Below are positions 1 to 17,721 of a stretch of DNA of 64,000 nt, one piece after another. Below the pieces are notes generated by a model that ran no database searches, was not told the DNA's origin, and saw only the letters and a program-made list of their open reading frames with translations. The first letter of the stretch is position 1; every line of letters begins with the position of its first letter. Position numbers and translations under genes: made by a program. The DNA is from the human T2T-CHM13v2.0 reference genome, Homo sapiens, in NCBI RefSeq assembly GCF_009914755.1, contig NC_060939.1; one strand, given 5' to 3'.

Positions 1-851
1 TCAAAATCATGCATCTTTAAAGTTTGCTGGGCCCACTGAAAAGTATTCCTAGATTATCACACATTCATTAGCTATTTTTCCTGGTTTCTTTATGAAAAAA
101 AGAAAGAAGGAAGGAAAGGAAACATATATGATTACAGGTTATTTGTGGATTTTCAATTGGCAGTGAGCCATGGTGACATTTACCAGTTTCTTTAAAGAGG
201 TACTTTGTTTGATCGTGTGCCATCAGAACATATATCGCCTGTGGATTTAAGGGAGTAGATCTAAAGGCAAAGGAGTACCCTCTTATCAATTTTTCATTAT
301 GGAAATTATGCATGTGCCTGGACAGAAAAATAAGCCTTGATGTCTGCTGGATATACAACTTCAAAAATATCCTTTCAAAGTTGGCAGAGCCAGAGGTCTC
401 TCTATACTGGGAATAAGCAATGAGCTGGAAGTTCCATTAGGGGATCTGGCTCTTGAGGACAGTGGTGAGGTTGGAAGGAATCACTTTTCTAGCAGTCAAG
501 AGAGTAGTATATATAAAGGAGGCCTCACACAGTAAAGCATACTGCCTCTTCTCGATGGGCTGCCCTCGGTCATCAACCCAAAAGAGGGGCTCCACACAAA
601 GTTGGTTTCTCATAATATGGAGCACCATAAAATCAAGATAACATGGGGGATCTATCTCCACGCATTAGGGAAGACAAAACAAAGTGACACTTCCAAGACA
701 CTCAGGTACCACTTCGTGTCAAGAGTGTATATTACTGAGTAGTTATCAACATGCTTCAAGAAAGGGAAAATGTTTTCTGGCAAAAGTTAATAGAAACCAT
801 TTCTAGTTTCAAAGCAATAAATATAAAGTCCCTTAAAAATATCAGCCCCCT

Positions 852-1140
<289 letters not shown>

Positions 1141-2146
1141 CAGCCCCCACACTTGAAAGAAAAAAAAATGTTAAAGCTCCAGACATTTCCTGCTCTAAAG
1201 TCAGCTTTAGAGGTTTCCTGAATAGCTGTTTCTTGGCTCCTAATCTCTTCAGACTTACTCCTGCCTTCTTTCTTTCTCCATCTCCTGGTTATTACTAAAA
1301 GAAAGTGTTCCTTCCCATTTGTCAAAAAGGGTTGGTGAAGGGTTCAGAAGCCACGATTCCATCCTCACTTGCCTGTTTTCATCCTAGGCAATGGGCTATT
1401 AACAACAAAGCTCAGTTATAGTGAAAACCACAGAAAAAACTGCAGCTATTAACCTATGAGGAACTCCCTGGGCCCGCTGCACATGTGTACATATAACACA
1501 GCTCTGTACTCTGAAGAGCTTCACAAAATAAAACATGAATACTTAAAAGCAAGAAATATTAGAAAACTCACCCGCTGTGCTCACTAACACAATTCCCCAT
1601 TAAAGGAAAATTTCACAGGGCCTTCTCGAGTCTGTTAATCATGCTCTGACACTCAGATAAACCATAGATTCCACTGAGTTCTGGAGAGCTACAAGTTAGG
1701 CAAACCATGAGAAAAGGCTTGATTCTGTTCCTTAATATCACTCACTGCACCTTGACCCTTACCTTACTGGTTTGGTCTGGGAAATGTGCCAAATTACCTT
1801 TGGGGAACCAAGCAAAGTGAAAGCTAGTTTTATTAACCCTTTGCAAACTAAGGCAGCACAGCCTATATTCCAGATAAAGATTGGTTTTTATGAGCACATT
1901 TTAAATAAGTGCACTGGTATATTAAATCATCAATTAAAGTAATTGTCAACTCTAAAGAACTACGCAAATAGAGTTGATAAAAGTAAAATCACATGGATTT
2001 GCAAATGGATGCTAAAAGGTTTAATCTGCATTTACAGTGACAGCAGTCTCTAAAAGGAGTAAGAATTTAAAAAATGCATCAGTGATATGTCATGTCTTAA
2101 TGCTTAAAGGAAGAATAGCTCTTTGTATGATTAAAATGATAAAAGA

Positions 2147-2475
<329 letters not shown>

Positions 2476-2668
2476 TCAGAGTTTAAGGTTAGATATAACA
2501 ATATACTATGACTAAAAAATAAAAAAAATTGAGAAAAGTAGCAGAGAAGGTTGATTCAGTCACTAAATATAAACAACATAAACAGACAAATCATTCAGGA
2601 AGAAAGAAAAAAAGGAAAATCTCTGATTAATTTATCATTAGGCACATTAATTTAGTAAGGGAATTTAA

Positions 2669-2975
2669 GGCTGGGTGCGGTGGCTCAAGCCTGTAATACC
2701 AGCACTTTGGGAGGCCGATGCAGGTGGATCACCTGAGGTCAGGGGTTCGAGATCAGCCTGGCTAACATGGTGAAACCCTATCTCTACTAAAAATACAAAA
2801 ATTAGGTGGGCGTGGTGGCGGGTGCCTGTAGTCCCAGGTATCGGGGAGGCCGAGGCAGAAGAATCGCTTGAACCTGGGAGGCAGAGGTTGCAGTGAGCCA
2901 AGATTGTGCCACTAACACTCCAGCCTGGTGACAGAGAAAGACTCCATCTCAAAAAAAAAAAAAAAAAAAAAAAAA
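2669..2975 (+). mobile_element. AluS
   Basis: Dimeric Alu with poly(A). Confidence 0.93.
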
Positions 2976-5355
2976 GGATTTACCATTGATTTGTTCCATA
3001 TTTGGACATAAAATCAGAAAACTCAAATACTAAAGTGATACTTTACAAATATCAGCTTTATCTCCTAACAAAATGTTTTACCACCAACATTTCATTAGGA
3101 GATGTTTAATGTGATGGAGAAAACAATAAAATGGGAATTCGAACCTGGGTACTGTTTCTCTATTGCTTTGATTTTCTGAATGCTTTGATTTTCTGAACAA
3201 ACTTGATGGCATCAAGAAAGAGTTAGTGGAAAAAATAAAAATTTCCCCCATTTCATCCATGAGACAGATGGTAAAAAAATTATTTAGAGTGAAAATTACA
3301 AGAAATCTGTGAGAATTTCTTATATACTATATGTTAGCACGTCTTAAAATGGCAAATAATGGCCAGTGTATCTAATTTTTTTTCAGCCTAAGTACAATTT
3401 GATATTGATTACTATAAAACAAAATTGTTAAGTGACAAATGGCCCACTAAGAGGAAGTTATGGTTTTTACATTTCTGCTATTTTAATTCATGTTGAAACA
3501 CTCCTACTTCCGTAATAACTATGGTGTTGATATCTAGGTCCTTGATCTTCAGGTTGGGTCAAACTCTGACTTGGCCTACTTTTTGTCCTGAACCTTCAGC
3601 GTTCCTTCTGCTTTCACAGACAGACAACACAGAAGACAACATATGTGTGACTATAAATTCTTCAACCAACTTTCCATTAATGACCAGTTTTTAATTGAGA
3701 TTTGGTATGTCTGACCTAATACTTAAAAAACCATGTCATAATCTCCACAAAGACAAATCATTTTCTGAACATGCAGAATGAATATAAGGTGTTCAAAGGA
3801 AATAGTTACATTGTTACAGATTTGTCTGTTATATAAACAAATCCCTTGGAAGGTTGTATCTCATCAGTCTGCCATATTCATACATAATTCAAAGCTGCAG
3901 AAGCAATCTCCTGTGGGAAGCTCACTTGGTTTACCCAGGTGGTAGAGATTAATCATTACACCATCTAATGAAATAATCCTTTTTTTGTTTCTCTGGGATA
4001 TTCGTTCAAGACAGATTTTTGTAAAAATTCTGTTAAATGTCTGAGTGTACTTTTTAAAAAGGCAAATCAAATTCCACATTAGAACAGGATAAGGCCTTTA
4101 AATATCCAAGTATTTCCACAATTTCAGTTCAATCCTATCTTCAAATTCAACCACCTTCACTCAGCTTCAGATGAGACAATAAGTAAAATCTGACTTCTAG
4201 AGACTACCTGCCTCTTGGGACAAATGTTATTCTGAATTCCATTTGTTAGCTCTGTTCAGCAGGTACACATGTCTCTAGTTGCCCACGACAGCCAATAAGC
4301 AAATGTGTGACTTTTAAAACCTCCTTTTACCCCGAAAAATCAGACTAAAGCACATTAGAAACAAAACGTCATCGTTTTGTTACTGGTTTCCAGAGCTGCG
4401 TATTTCTGGGGTTGCTGGGGATAACGGAACTCTGCAGATGTGGGATCTACATTAACACATGAAAAGGAGAGTTCAAAGTTATCAAATCTCACACCTTTGT
4501 AATCTACTGAAAGGGAGAAAAAACAAAACAAAACAAAACACTCCCATTTCTTTTTGTCTCTCTACCTTTAGGACCTCCTACGAATGTGACATTTCTTAAT
4601 CTTTAGTTTCCAGGTCATCAACTTGATTTTGCCACACTTTCCAATCATTGACATTCTCAGATAGAGAAGTGTGTGTCTACTGATCACTATCTAGTGTCTC
4701 CAATTTTCTGCTAAGCCTTCTGTAGTCTTTAACTGAAAATGTTGAATTTCTTATCCTGAACTGAGATTAACCTTTATCTGATATCTGATGAGTTCTGCTA
4801 ATATTTCTAACATAGTCTGGTCAAACAAAGGTAGCTCTTACTGGTGTGAATGAAGTAGCTAGGTCTCGAGATGGGGAAGACTGGCAGCAATGTGCAAGGT
4901 CTTGAATGAACTCTAATTTTCTGAAATTGTACAGATCCACTTTTTTTAAAAAACAGACTCAAATAGCAAATTAAAAGTGTCTTTAAGGCACCAGATTACA
5001 AGACAACAAAGCATATAAAAACATAGCCCTCTGTAAATCACTGTCACTTTCACAATACTAAGAAAAATTACAGTTTTAAAATCCTATGAAATACAAAGTC
5101 AGAATGGCATCTGTGCAAATTAACAGAAAAGATCAATTAATTTTGGAAAACAGCAATAAAATATGGTTGCCATTCTCAATAAGAATAACATTCTCAATAA
5201 CAGAAGTAGCTCCTTAGCATCATAATTTTGGCCTTGATTCACTCTAAAGAATGGGGTGAGATACTGATATGCATTTCCTGAAAAGGCAAGGTATTAGAAG
5301 AAAACACCCATAGCCTTCTCCAAGGGGACTAACCCAGGAAGGATGTTGAACAGGC

Positions 5356-5952
<597 letters not shown>

Positions 5953-6839
5953 CCCTTGGAACAGCCTTTCTGGGGCCCCGGACTTTTTTTCCCTAATGCC
6001 CAGAAGCAATGGAGAAGCAAGTCAGTGCACCTTTTTTCACTTTCCTCTTATCTCCCTCTGCTCTTTGAGTCAGAGTAGGGAGATGCTGAGAAATGATAAC
6101 ATACACTTAACTCCAAAAACACTGCAGGCTGACCGAGGAAATGGATGTAGGGCAGGAATGGGACCTATAGGTACTCAGAACACCCAGCTACTCAGCACTG
6201 CACAAGCTGTGCATTTTTCCACTTAATTCATGAAAACTCTTCAGGAGGTAGATACAATAATTCTCATTTTACAGATGAGGAAACTGAGATTGAAAGAAGT
6301 TAAATCAATTGCCTAAAATTACATGGGTAGTAAGGTGGTGGTAGAGTTGGGATCTGAATAGATACCATGCAACTCTAACGTAAATGTTCCTTCCACCACA
6401 CTGTTAAGATAAGGCAAGCTTGGCATACTGCAGAAACCCAGCAATAAATACTTGATTGTGAAGATGAAGAAATAAAACTGCTTTTACTTTTAGTTAGAAG
6501 AAAAAAACAGCTATTATTGAAAGGTAGGGTATTAATGATTACAGATGTATTTTACTTTTGAAAATCCTAAATAAACAAACCAAAAAAGTTAATAATTTAC
6601 ATTTCCAAAAAAATTTTCCTTAAATTGAAGCTGCTCTAGCTATAGAATGACTGTGTTTCTAGATATTTGGCTTCCTAATAATAATCACTACCACCACTAT
6701 CCCTACATTTACCGAATGCTAGGCACTGTGCTTAAATATCTTCAAACAATAACACTGAGTAAGGCTTATTATTCCCATAACAGCAAATAATAATAGTGGC
6801 CAAAATTTACATAGTGCTTATTATGTGCCTGTTTTAAGC

Positions 6840-7045
6840 CATGCTTATCAAAAGTGGGGCTATTGACATTTTGGGCCAGGTGATTCTTTGTTGTGGAGGG
6901 CTATCCACATGGCAGGATTATAACAGCGCTTCTTGCCTCTACCTGCTAAAGGCTGGATGTTGGAATTACCCCCTCCCAGTTGTGACAACCAAAAAAGTCT
7001 CCAGACATTGTCAAATGTGCCCCGGGGGGGAATCCCATCCCCCTT
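6840..7045. mobile_element. MER20 within a MIR cluster (about 6180-7330)
   Basis: CTATTGACATTTTGGGCCAG...GTGACAACCAAAAAAGTCTCCAGACATTG; flanking MIR cores (ACAGATGAGGAAACTGAG). Confidence 0.75.
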
Positions 7046-7354
7046 TAAGTCTCACAACAACTTACTAGGCAGGCTATTTTCTGTGTTTTATAAATGAAGA
7101 AATTATAGCCCAGAGAGATTAAGTTACTTGCTTCAGGTAACACAGCTAGTAACTGGTGGAGCTGAGATTCAAACCCTGTAGCTTAGCTCTAAGTGTTTGT
7201 CCTTTAAGCAGTTACATTATTTGCTTCTCAGTTTCTAGATGAGAAAACTGGTAAGCAGAGCTCAAGTAACTTATCCAAGATGACACTAATGTGACAAAAG
7301 CAGGATTCAAACCCAGGTCTCGGTGACTTCAAAGTCTACGTTCTAAAATATTAT

Positions 7355-7530
7355 GCCAATGGCTACCAAACTTTCATGTACCTAAGAATTACCTGGGGAG
7401 CTTGTTAAAATTGCAGGTTCTCAGCTCCCATCTCTAGGGATTGATTTAATAGCTTTGGGGCATTGCCCAGGAATCTGCATTTATATACTCCAGGTGATGC
7501 AGTTGGTCCCAGGAACACATTCTGAGAAAC
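7355..7530. mobile_element. MER5-type MITE
   Basis: AGAATTACCTGGGGAGCTTGTTAAAA...CCCAGGAATCTGCATTT. Confidence 0.65.
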
Positions 7531-8195
7531 TATTTTTCACTGCCTTCCTCCTCCAGAAAGAACACAAGAATAAGTATACAAGCAGCAAGGTGTGAAAAGT
7601 GAATAGAAAAATTTTCTTCAGAAGTGATATAAGCAGGAAAGGGCAAATAAAATAATTTGAATAGTCACAGATGAGAAATTCATAATGAACTATGAAAAAG
7701 CAGGGAGGGGGTAATAATTTGGAACCATTCCTAACCTTCTGAGGTTTATTCTTAGTCAGTTTACTTCTCTGGGATTATATTACCTCCCAAAAGGAAAAGA
7801 AACAAAGCTGTCTGAAGACTACCCCATTCTGGTACATATAAACATAACCATACTGTATCATTCCATGATTACGATAAAGTAAGATATTTATCAGTTTTCT
7901 CTAAAACATGATTATTTAAAAATTTAACAGTAAGGACTTCATGAACTCATCTTAACTTTAGGAAAAATGTGTCAGCAAATGTAGATGTGATTTTTATAAG
8001 TGCTGATAGTCCAGAAGTTTCTTTACAGCAAAATAACATGTGATCAGGAGACAGAGCAGCTATTTTCAGCTTCTGTTTTCAATTATTTTCTCTTTATGAG
8101 AAGTAGAAGTTTGATCTTGGGGCCAGTTTCGTCCTAAGCATGAAAAGACAACTTTGATAGGATTCTCTTAGTAAAAAGGAGAGGTAATGCAAATT

Positions 8196-8527
8196 TTTTT
8201 TCTTTTTCATTATACTTTAAGTTCTAGGGTACACATGCACAACGTGCAGATTTGTTACATATGTATACATGTGCCATGTCGGTTTGCTGCATCAATTAAC
8301 TCGTCATTTACATTAGGTATTTCTCCTAATGCTATCCCTCCCCCATGCCCCCACCCCACGACAGGCCCCGGTGTGTGAGGTTCCCCGCCCTGTCTCCAAG
8401 TGTTCTCATTGTTCAATTCCCACTTATGAGTGAGAACATGCGGTGTTTGGTTTTCTGTCCTTGTGACAGTTTGCTCAGAATGATGGTTTCCAGCTTCATC
8501 CATGTCTCTACAAAGGACATGAACTCA
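8196..8527 (-). mobile_element. L1PA 3'-end fragment
   Basis: L1 3'UTR and ORF2 tail; TSD GGAGAGGTAATGCAAATT at 8178-8195 and 8530-8547. Confidence 0.92.
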
Positions 8528-8688
8528 AGGGAGAGGTAATGCAAATTAAGATATAACTGGAGCATTAGCATTAAAACAATTGAAGCTTCTAACTGAATTT
8601 TCCAGAGAGAAGGACATGACATTTTACCAGTCTAAGAAGTGCTGGGATTTTCATTTTCCATGCCATATGTACATGCACATATGCATGT

Positions 8689-8689
8689 G

Positions 8690-8729
<40 letters not shown>
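8689..8729. repeat. (GC)n(AC)n microsatellite
   Basis: Direct reading. Confidence 0.95.
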
Positions 8730-8732
<3 letters not shown>

Positions 8733-8849
8733 TAATAGGCCTATATTGGTTACTATAGAGAGTACCAAACCTTTCCAGTATTTGGCTGGAATGGCTGTAT
8801 GTCATTAACATGCCTGACAACCACAGACAAATCTGATATTATGGCTTAC

Positions 8850-9068
8850 CAGGGGTAAGCGAACTTCTGTAAAAGGCCACATGGTAAGTATTTTAGGCTT
8901 TGTGGGCCGTGTGGTCTCCACTGCAATTATTCAACCCTGTTGTAGCTTGAAAACAGCCATAGACAACATGTAAAAGATGAGTGTGGCTATTTTCCAGTAT
9001 AACTTATTTTACAGAAACAGGTAAACAAGTTGGATCTGGCCCATCGGCCATAGTTTGCCAACTCCTGG
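8850..9068. mobile_element. MER58A-like MITE
   Basis: CAGGGGTAAGCGAAC...ATAGTTTGCCAACTCCTG termini. Confidence 0.7.
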
Positions 9069-9564
9069 TCTACACCCTTGAACTCTGGAGTGGATTAGGG
9101 GGCTCTCAGGATTGACTCCTGGATTACTGAGGAATACAGTTTAGCTATGTAAGGTCTTTGAGAAGATCCAAAAGGACTTGGAAGGGTAAAGGAAGGTTGA
9201 TACAGATGCATAGCATTCCTAAGTGTGCAAAGAAAGGTATGTCAAATTCAGTCTGCCTGTCCAAACCAGAAGTTGGGGTTTGGACAGAATCCCAGCTGTG
9301 CTAGACATAGTTGGATTCCTGAGATGATTCTGGAAGTCCTAAAGAAACGACTTACATCGTATCCCAGATGTACATGCCGGGGGTCTTTGCTAATTAGCAG
9401 CATGAAATTCAGGGGTGGTAGATTTAGAAAGGTTAGCTAAAGGCCATTCAGGCAGCAAATGATACCCTTAACTTTAGCTGGAGTGTTACTTTTATTTTCT
9501 TAATGTCTACATTAGATTTTTCTCATTAGAAAAAAACTGTTTGAATTAAATTTTAGTTCATATT

Positions 9565-9689
9565 TTAGAGATGGTGAGAAGGGGGCCTTGCTATGTTGCC
9601 CAGGCTGAACTTGAACTCCTGGGCTCAAGTGATCCTCCTGCCTTGGCCTCCAAGTAGCTGGAACTACAGATGCACACTACTAGGCCTGG
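9565..9689 (-). mobile_element. Alu monomer (FLAM-like)
   Basis: Left-arm-only antisense match. Confidence 0.75.
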
Positions 9690-10059
9690 TTGAACTGAAA
9701 ATTTAAGCACAGGTTGGCAATAGGTCTTGTCAACCAAGTATGAAAACAATTATTTACGTAAGAGTGAGACTGAGTGTCTAAACTGGGCAATTTGTGTTGG
9801 GAGGTATTCTTACATTGAGGAACATAATTTGGACACAGAATTTATGCCTGAAAACTAAATTAACATGCAAGTAACTACGGCCCATTGGCCATAGTTTTAA
9901 TCAATAACCAAGTGTTATTGGTTAAATAACACTAAGATAACCATGATTTTAGTCACTAACCAAGTGTTTACCACCACAGCTTATTGAAAGAACCACTAAA
10001 AATGGTATTTGTCAAGAAGAAGGAAACTGAACCCAGAAGGTAGGAGTAAAATGAAGAGG

Positions 10060-10480
10060 GTACTTGGCTGTTCTAAAGCGATTAGGTTACCAGGGGCAAG
10101 AGATTAGGCAGAGAGCTCAATCAGGAAATACATTAGTAAACAGGTCAGAGATGATGGTAGTTTGGACCAAGGTAGTAGAAGCAGAGGTTAGAGAGAAGTA
10201 GATAATTTGGGATATATTTTGGAGGTTGAATCATCCAACATTTTGGATGTTGGGGGTGAAGGAAACAGAAGAATCAAAGATGACCCTTAATTTTCTGGCT
10301 TGAGCAACTGAATGAATGGAGGGCCATTTACCAAGAAGGGAAGAGTTGTGATGGAACAGATTTGTAGGGAAAAATTAAGAGTTCTGTTTTGGATATGTTT
10401 CATTTGAAGTGGAGATATCAAGTGGAAAATTGCACATGATTCTTGGGGGAAGAGATCAGGGATGAAGATAATAGGGTCAT
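10060..10480 (-). mobile_element. L2 fragment
   Basis: GAATCAAAGATGACCC...TGGCTTGAGCAACTG...GAGTTCTGTTTTGGATATGTT. Confidence 0.6.
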
Positions 10481-11664
10481 CCGAATATTTATAGTTTTAA
10501 AATTTTTGATACCCGATGATGTTTAGCCAGGGGTTAGCTACTAGGGTTTAAAGAACCCCTTTTTCATATATGACTATAATGGAAATAAAAAGTTGCTTCA
10601 AGATAATGGGGGGAAGTGAATAGAGGCAGAGACAGAACAAGATTGGTTATAAATTGATAACTGTTGAAGTGTGGTTTTGTGGTAAACGGTGGTTTACTAT
10701 ACTAGTCTATCTACTTCTGTACATGTTTAAAATTTTCAATCATAAAAAGTTTAAAATAAAATGAAAAAAAAAGAGAGGACCAATTTTAAGATAGTCCCAA
10801 TTAAAAGGTAATCCAGTAGAACTGATTGCAAAGTCAATATTATAAACAAGGCACTTAGAAGAAAAGGAAGCCAGAATAACTAGAGGTTCATGAATAAGAG
10901 GATAAGATTAAGCCCAAAATGTTAGGATTAAAAGGTAGGCAGATGCCACATATGTAGGGCCTTCTTCAGTGTGGGGAGTGTGGGGATATAACTAGATTTA
11001 CATTTAAGAAAGAGTAGGTGGCTGTTCTCAGAATAGATATCAGGGGGCAAGATATTAAGCAAGGATGATATTAAATTCTGGTTCCTTAGGCATAGTTTTG
11101 TAATGAGGTCAACTCCTATTGCTAGATATTATGCTGACGTTTTACAGATATTATACATTTAGTACTCAAAATATGTCCGTAAGGTAGGTATTATTATTCT
11201 TATGGTATAGGTAGGGAAACTTTAGCTCAGAGATACTAAGTCAAAAGTTACAACTACTCAGGGTAAGTCAGAATTCAAATCTTTGGCTACAGTGCTGGCA
11301 TTCTTCCCACTGTGCAGTATTATTCCCCCATGTGATGGACACCAAAGAGTTGCAGAAATGGTAGGTAGGTAGGTACCATTTTAAAAATGATAGTTGAGAA
11401 ATTCCTAACTGGTCACAGACCAGATTAACCACCAAATTAGTTTCTCTGAATCCAAACTTGCCACATAGAAATGGTGCCTGGGTACACGTTCTTGAACTAA
11501 AATTTGACCCACTAGTGTCCCATCTTCTAACCTATTTTCAATATTAGTGCCAGAAAATATTTTATTAAAAAAATCATGCTACTTTCCCGCTTAAAAACTG
11601 TTTCCTCTACAAAATCTACAAGATAAAAGCCAAACATTTCAACATGTCATTTACAGCCTGTCTC

Positions 11665-13761
11665 AGCACTTCTCAAACTTTTTGGTCTCAGGATTGCTTT
11701 GCACTCTTAAAAATTGAGAATCACATGGACTCCTATTTGTACAGGTTATATCAACTGACATTTAAATGAGAAACTGGAACTGAGAACATCTGAAAATAAT
11801 TAATCCATTTTATTTTAAAAAAAACTTGTTTTGTGGCAACATAGATGGAACTGGAGGACATTATGCTAGGTGAAATAATGCCAGGAACAAATGTTAAACA
11901 CCACATGTTCTCACTCATATGTGGAAGCTTAAAAAAAAAAGTAGATCTCATAGGAGTAAAAAGTAGAAGAGAGAATACGATAGGCTGGAAAAATGGGGGA
12001 AGAAAAGGATAGGCAGATATTTGTCAAAGGACACAAAATTACAACTAGATGGGAGAAATAAGTTCTAGTGTTCTATGGCACTGTAGGATGACTATAGTTA
12101 ACAGTAACATTATTATATAGTTTCAGATAGCTAGAAGGAGGATACTGAATGTTGCCAACATGAAGAAATGATAAATGTTTGAGATAATGGATATGCTAAT
12201 TTCCCTGATCTGCTCACTTTACATTATATGTATTGCAACATCACTACGTACACCATAATTAAGTGCATTATGTATAATTTAAGTATTAAATAAAAATTTA
12301 AAAATTAAGGAAATAAACCCAGTAAATAGTACCTAAATAATATTTTTTTCAAATCTTTTTAATATCTGGCTTAATAGAGGACAACTGAATTGCCTTATTT
12401 GCTTCTGCATTCAATCTGCTGTGATATGTTGCTTTGATTAAAGTATATGAAAAATATCTGGTCTCACCCAGATTCATAAGCGGAAAAAGGAGGAGTATTT
12501 TAATAGCTTTTTAGATAACTGTAGATATTCTTTGGTACCATACCAGAATTTGATAAGTGGTAGTTTCTTAAAGGTTAGTTGCAATGTGAAATCTGAAACC
12601 ATATCAATAAACTTTTTGTACTCAGTTACATTCAAAGCCATTGATCTATCTTGCAGTTTGAATGGATTTTACTCATGTATAATTTTATAATATCATGCAT
12701 TGGGTTATTTGGAAATTATTGGTTTACTGAGTTAATGCAGATCCTCTAAATGTTGACATATTTCATTATATAATACTTTTAAAAGTTTGCAAATTCAACC
12801 ATCAATCTCATCAGAAGAATGTTTAAGTATTAGGAAGCTGTTGAGGTCATGGTGGCAGATATAAGTTTTTAAAAATTCTTATTTCTGCTTAAAAATTTGG
12901 ATTTTATATCACTGACAACAAATACAGTTAGTTGTTTTCCTTGAAGTAATAGGTTTGTTTTGTTCATTCTTAAGAAAATATCTGCCAAACACTCTCAGAT
13001 TTGAATAACCACAGTTTGTCTGTCAGTTGTTCTTTCAAGGTGGTTCATGAAAGAGGGGGCTAGTTCAGCTTCACAACTCAAACTATTTCACAAGTATTTT
13101 TCTTTGAGAAAACCATCATACTTTGTTACACAGCAGAAGTATTCTACGTGTACTTCCCATTTAATTACGCAGAATTTTTAAGAAGACAGGTACTCCTGGG
13201 TTGAGATTTAATTTACTTCATCACCAAGGGAATTCTTACAGGGTCTCACCCTGTCACCCAGGTTGGAGTGCAGTGGCGTGATTATGGTTCACTGCAGCCT
13301 TGACCTCCTGGGCTCAAACGATCCTTCCACCTCAGCCTCCTGAGTACCTGGGATCACAGGCACACACCACCATGCCCAGCTAATTTTTAAAATTTTTAGT
13401 AGAGACAAGGTCTCATTATGTTACCTAGGCTGGTCTTGAACTCCTGAGCTCAGGTGATCCTCCTGCCTCAGCCTCCCAAAGTGCTGGGATTACAGGCATG
13501 AGCCACTGTGTCTGGCCCACCAAGCACATTAAGTGAAACTCACTTAAAAACAACAACAACAACAACAAACTCTCCTAGTACAATATGGTGCCATGGCTTT
13601 GATTTATGCTAAGATGCAAGTAGTTTTAACCACTGTTGTTTATGCACCAACAATGCAACTGTCAACACAATGAAAAAGACAAGTGTCTTTGTATTATAAA
13701 AATAGTAACGTTGGCATGATCACTAATTGACCTTACATGGACCATACTTTAAGAACCAATG
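11665..13761. mobile_element. Charlie1-type hAT transposon fossil with nested L1M 3' end (about 11825-12310) and AluJ
   Basis: Ends CAGCACTTCTCAAACTTTTTGGTCTCAGG and GGACCATACTTTAAGAACCAATG resemble remembered Charlie1 termini. Confidence 0.7.
13239..13517 (-). mobile_element. AluJ
   Basis: CACTGCAGCCTTGACCTCCTGGGCTCAA, J-type. Confidence 0.88.
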
Positions 13762-13769
13762 GACTATTT

Positions 13770-14140
13770 TTAAAATTTAATTTAAAAAATTTTAAATTAA
13801 CAAATAATAATTGTATATATTTATGGGGTACAATGTGATGTTTTGATATATGTATATGCTGTAGAAGATTAAATAAAGTTATTAACAAATCTATCACCTT
13901 ACCTATTTATCTTTTTTTGTGGTGAGAACATTTAAAATCTACTTTTTTAGCAATTTTGAAATATGTACTATGTCATTATTAACTATGGTCACCATGCTGT
14001 ACAATAGATCTTTAAAACTTACTCTTCCTGTCTAACTGGAACTTTGTACCCTTAGCAAACACCTCTCCTTTCCCCATCAACCCCACCTCACCCAAAAGCC
14101 TCTGGTTATCATCGTTCTATTCTTTCCTTCTGAGTTTGAA
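13770..14140 (-). mobile_element. L1MA 3'-end fragment
   Basis: TTGTATATATTTATGGGGTACAATGTGATG... typical L1MA 3'UTR. Confidence 0.75.
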
Positions 14141-15102
14141 TGTTTCACACCCACTGGATTATTCATTATCCTTTTCTAGCCACATGTCCTGCTTCTGTTT
14201 GCCACCAACCTCACCTCTGTGACTTTGCATATATTGTTGCTTTGGCCTACAATGTCTTTCCCAGCCAGCTGGCAAAATCCTATTTGTCTTTAAAGATCTG
14301 CTTTGGATTTTATTCCTGAGAAGTCTGCATTAAGCTGAATTAATCACTCTGAACACATTGTTTTAGCATTTATCCATTGAGGGTAGAGGGCCTAATAACA
14401 TTTTTAAGCAGTCAATGTCTGCCAGACCCTGGGATAAGCTTTTTATATGTTTTCTAATGAAATTTTCAAATTACTTCTATGTGATAGGTATCTTTATAGC
14501 CTTGTACACTGAAGGATCAGACACATATTTGAAGTTCAACCCAAGCCCGTTATTTCAGGATAATGTTTCCCCCTATTTGTTCCAGGGCCTGATGGCAAAT
14601 ACATGGCACAGTTAAGACACTCAATTTATATTTCCTAAACAGTTAAATAAATGAACTTAGTAACAATCTAATCCCATAATGAAGGGCTCTATAAAGTTCC
14701 TCATCTTTCAGAGCCTGGGGTCTGGCCTTTAGTACAGTATTTTTTCGTTTTTCATTCTTCATTCCTTATATACAGTTTAGACTTGAAATATTCATTTATT
14801 TATAGAAAAACTGTATTTTCATTTCTTTCAGCAGTGAGCTCCCAGCCGTGGGGTGGTAATTTAATGATCACACTGCCATCAAGCCTGAAACACAAATGTT
14901 GACATTTGATGGTAATGTTTTCCTTATCAAAGTTGCTTCAAGTAAATACCAATGGTGTATCCAAGTAAATGAGGCAATTATTGAAAAAGCAAATGGTATA
15001 TATTTTTCAATGTGCATATTCATGCTTTAAACTTTTCAAAAAGTTAAAAAAAGCTACTGAATACCTCTTTTTCTACTTAGTCTGGGACATTATGAAATGT
15101 GA

Positions 15103-16795
<1,693 letters not shown>

Positions 16796-16865
16796 AAGAA
16801 AAGTTTAATATCTCAATCACTGCTTTACTCAGACTATAGCATGTATCTTTATAATGGTGGTGAGA

Positions 16866-17052
16866 CCAGCAGTTCTAAGTGTGACCCAAGGACCAGCAGC
16901 ATCAGTATCACCCAGGAACTTATTAGAAGTGCAAATTATCAGGACCCACCCCAGACCTACTGAATAAAAAACTCCAGGGGTGGGGATCAGCAATCTGTGT
17001 CTTAACAGCTCTCTAGATGATTCTGGAACATGGTTAAATTTAAGAACCAATG
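16866..17052. mobile_element. MER5A-like MITE
   Basis: GGACCAGCAGCATCAGTATCACC...CCCAGACCTACTGAAT. Confidence 0.75.
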
Positions 17053-17430
17053 GGCAAATGAACTGTGCTATTTGGATTCATGGATGTTAACTTCAAAAAA
17101 CGGATACATTTTGGAAGACCTGACTGGCCTATGTATAACCTAATTGTGAAAATAAAAGCTGTATAGTAAGAGGTCTGCCAAGCCCAGGGCCTGGGCTGCC
17201 CTCAAGCCTATATACCGTGGCATGCAGCCAAAGGAGAGAGTCTCTTTCCACAGAAAGAAGCCGAACATTTCTTGACTATGCCTTCTAAGATGTGGATAGA
17301 TACACTACAGTGGTACTTAATCAGGAATGACACCATGTAAGAACTGTCTACCATTCCCTCCTATGTAACTCCAACCATTTGCTGTTTAAGCTGCCTCTTT
17401 TCTAAATAAATCAGGCACCTGAAATACATG

Positions 17431-17721
<291 letters not shown>

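Noticed and set aside
1560-1770. Cluster of donor-like motifs on the minus strand (CGG|GTGAGT, AAG|GTAAGG)
   Set aside because: No convincing paired acceptor or PEAK1-like coding frame.
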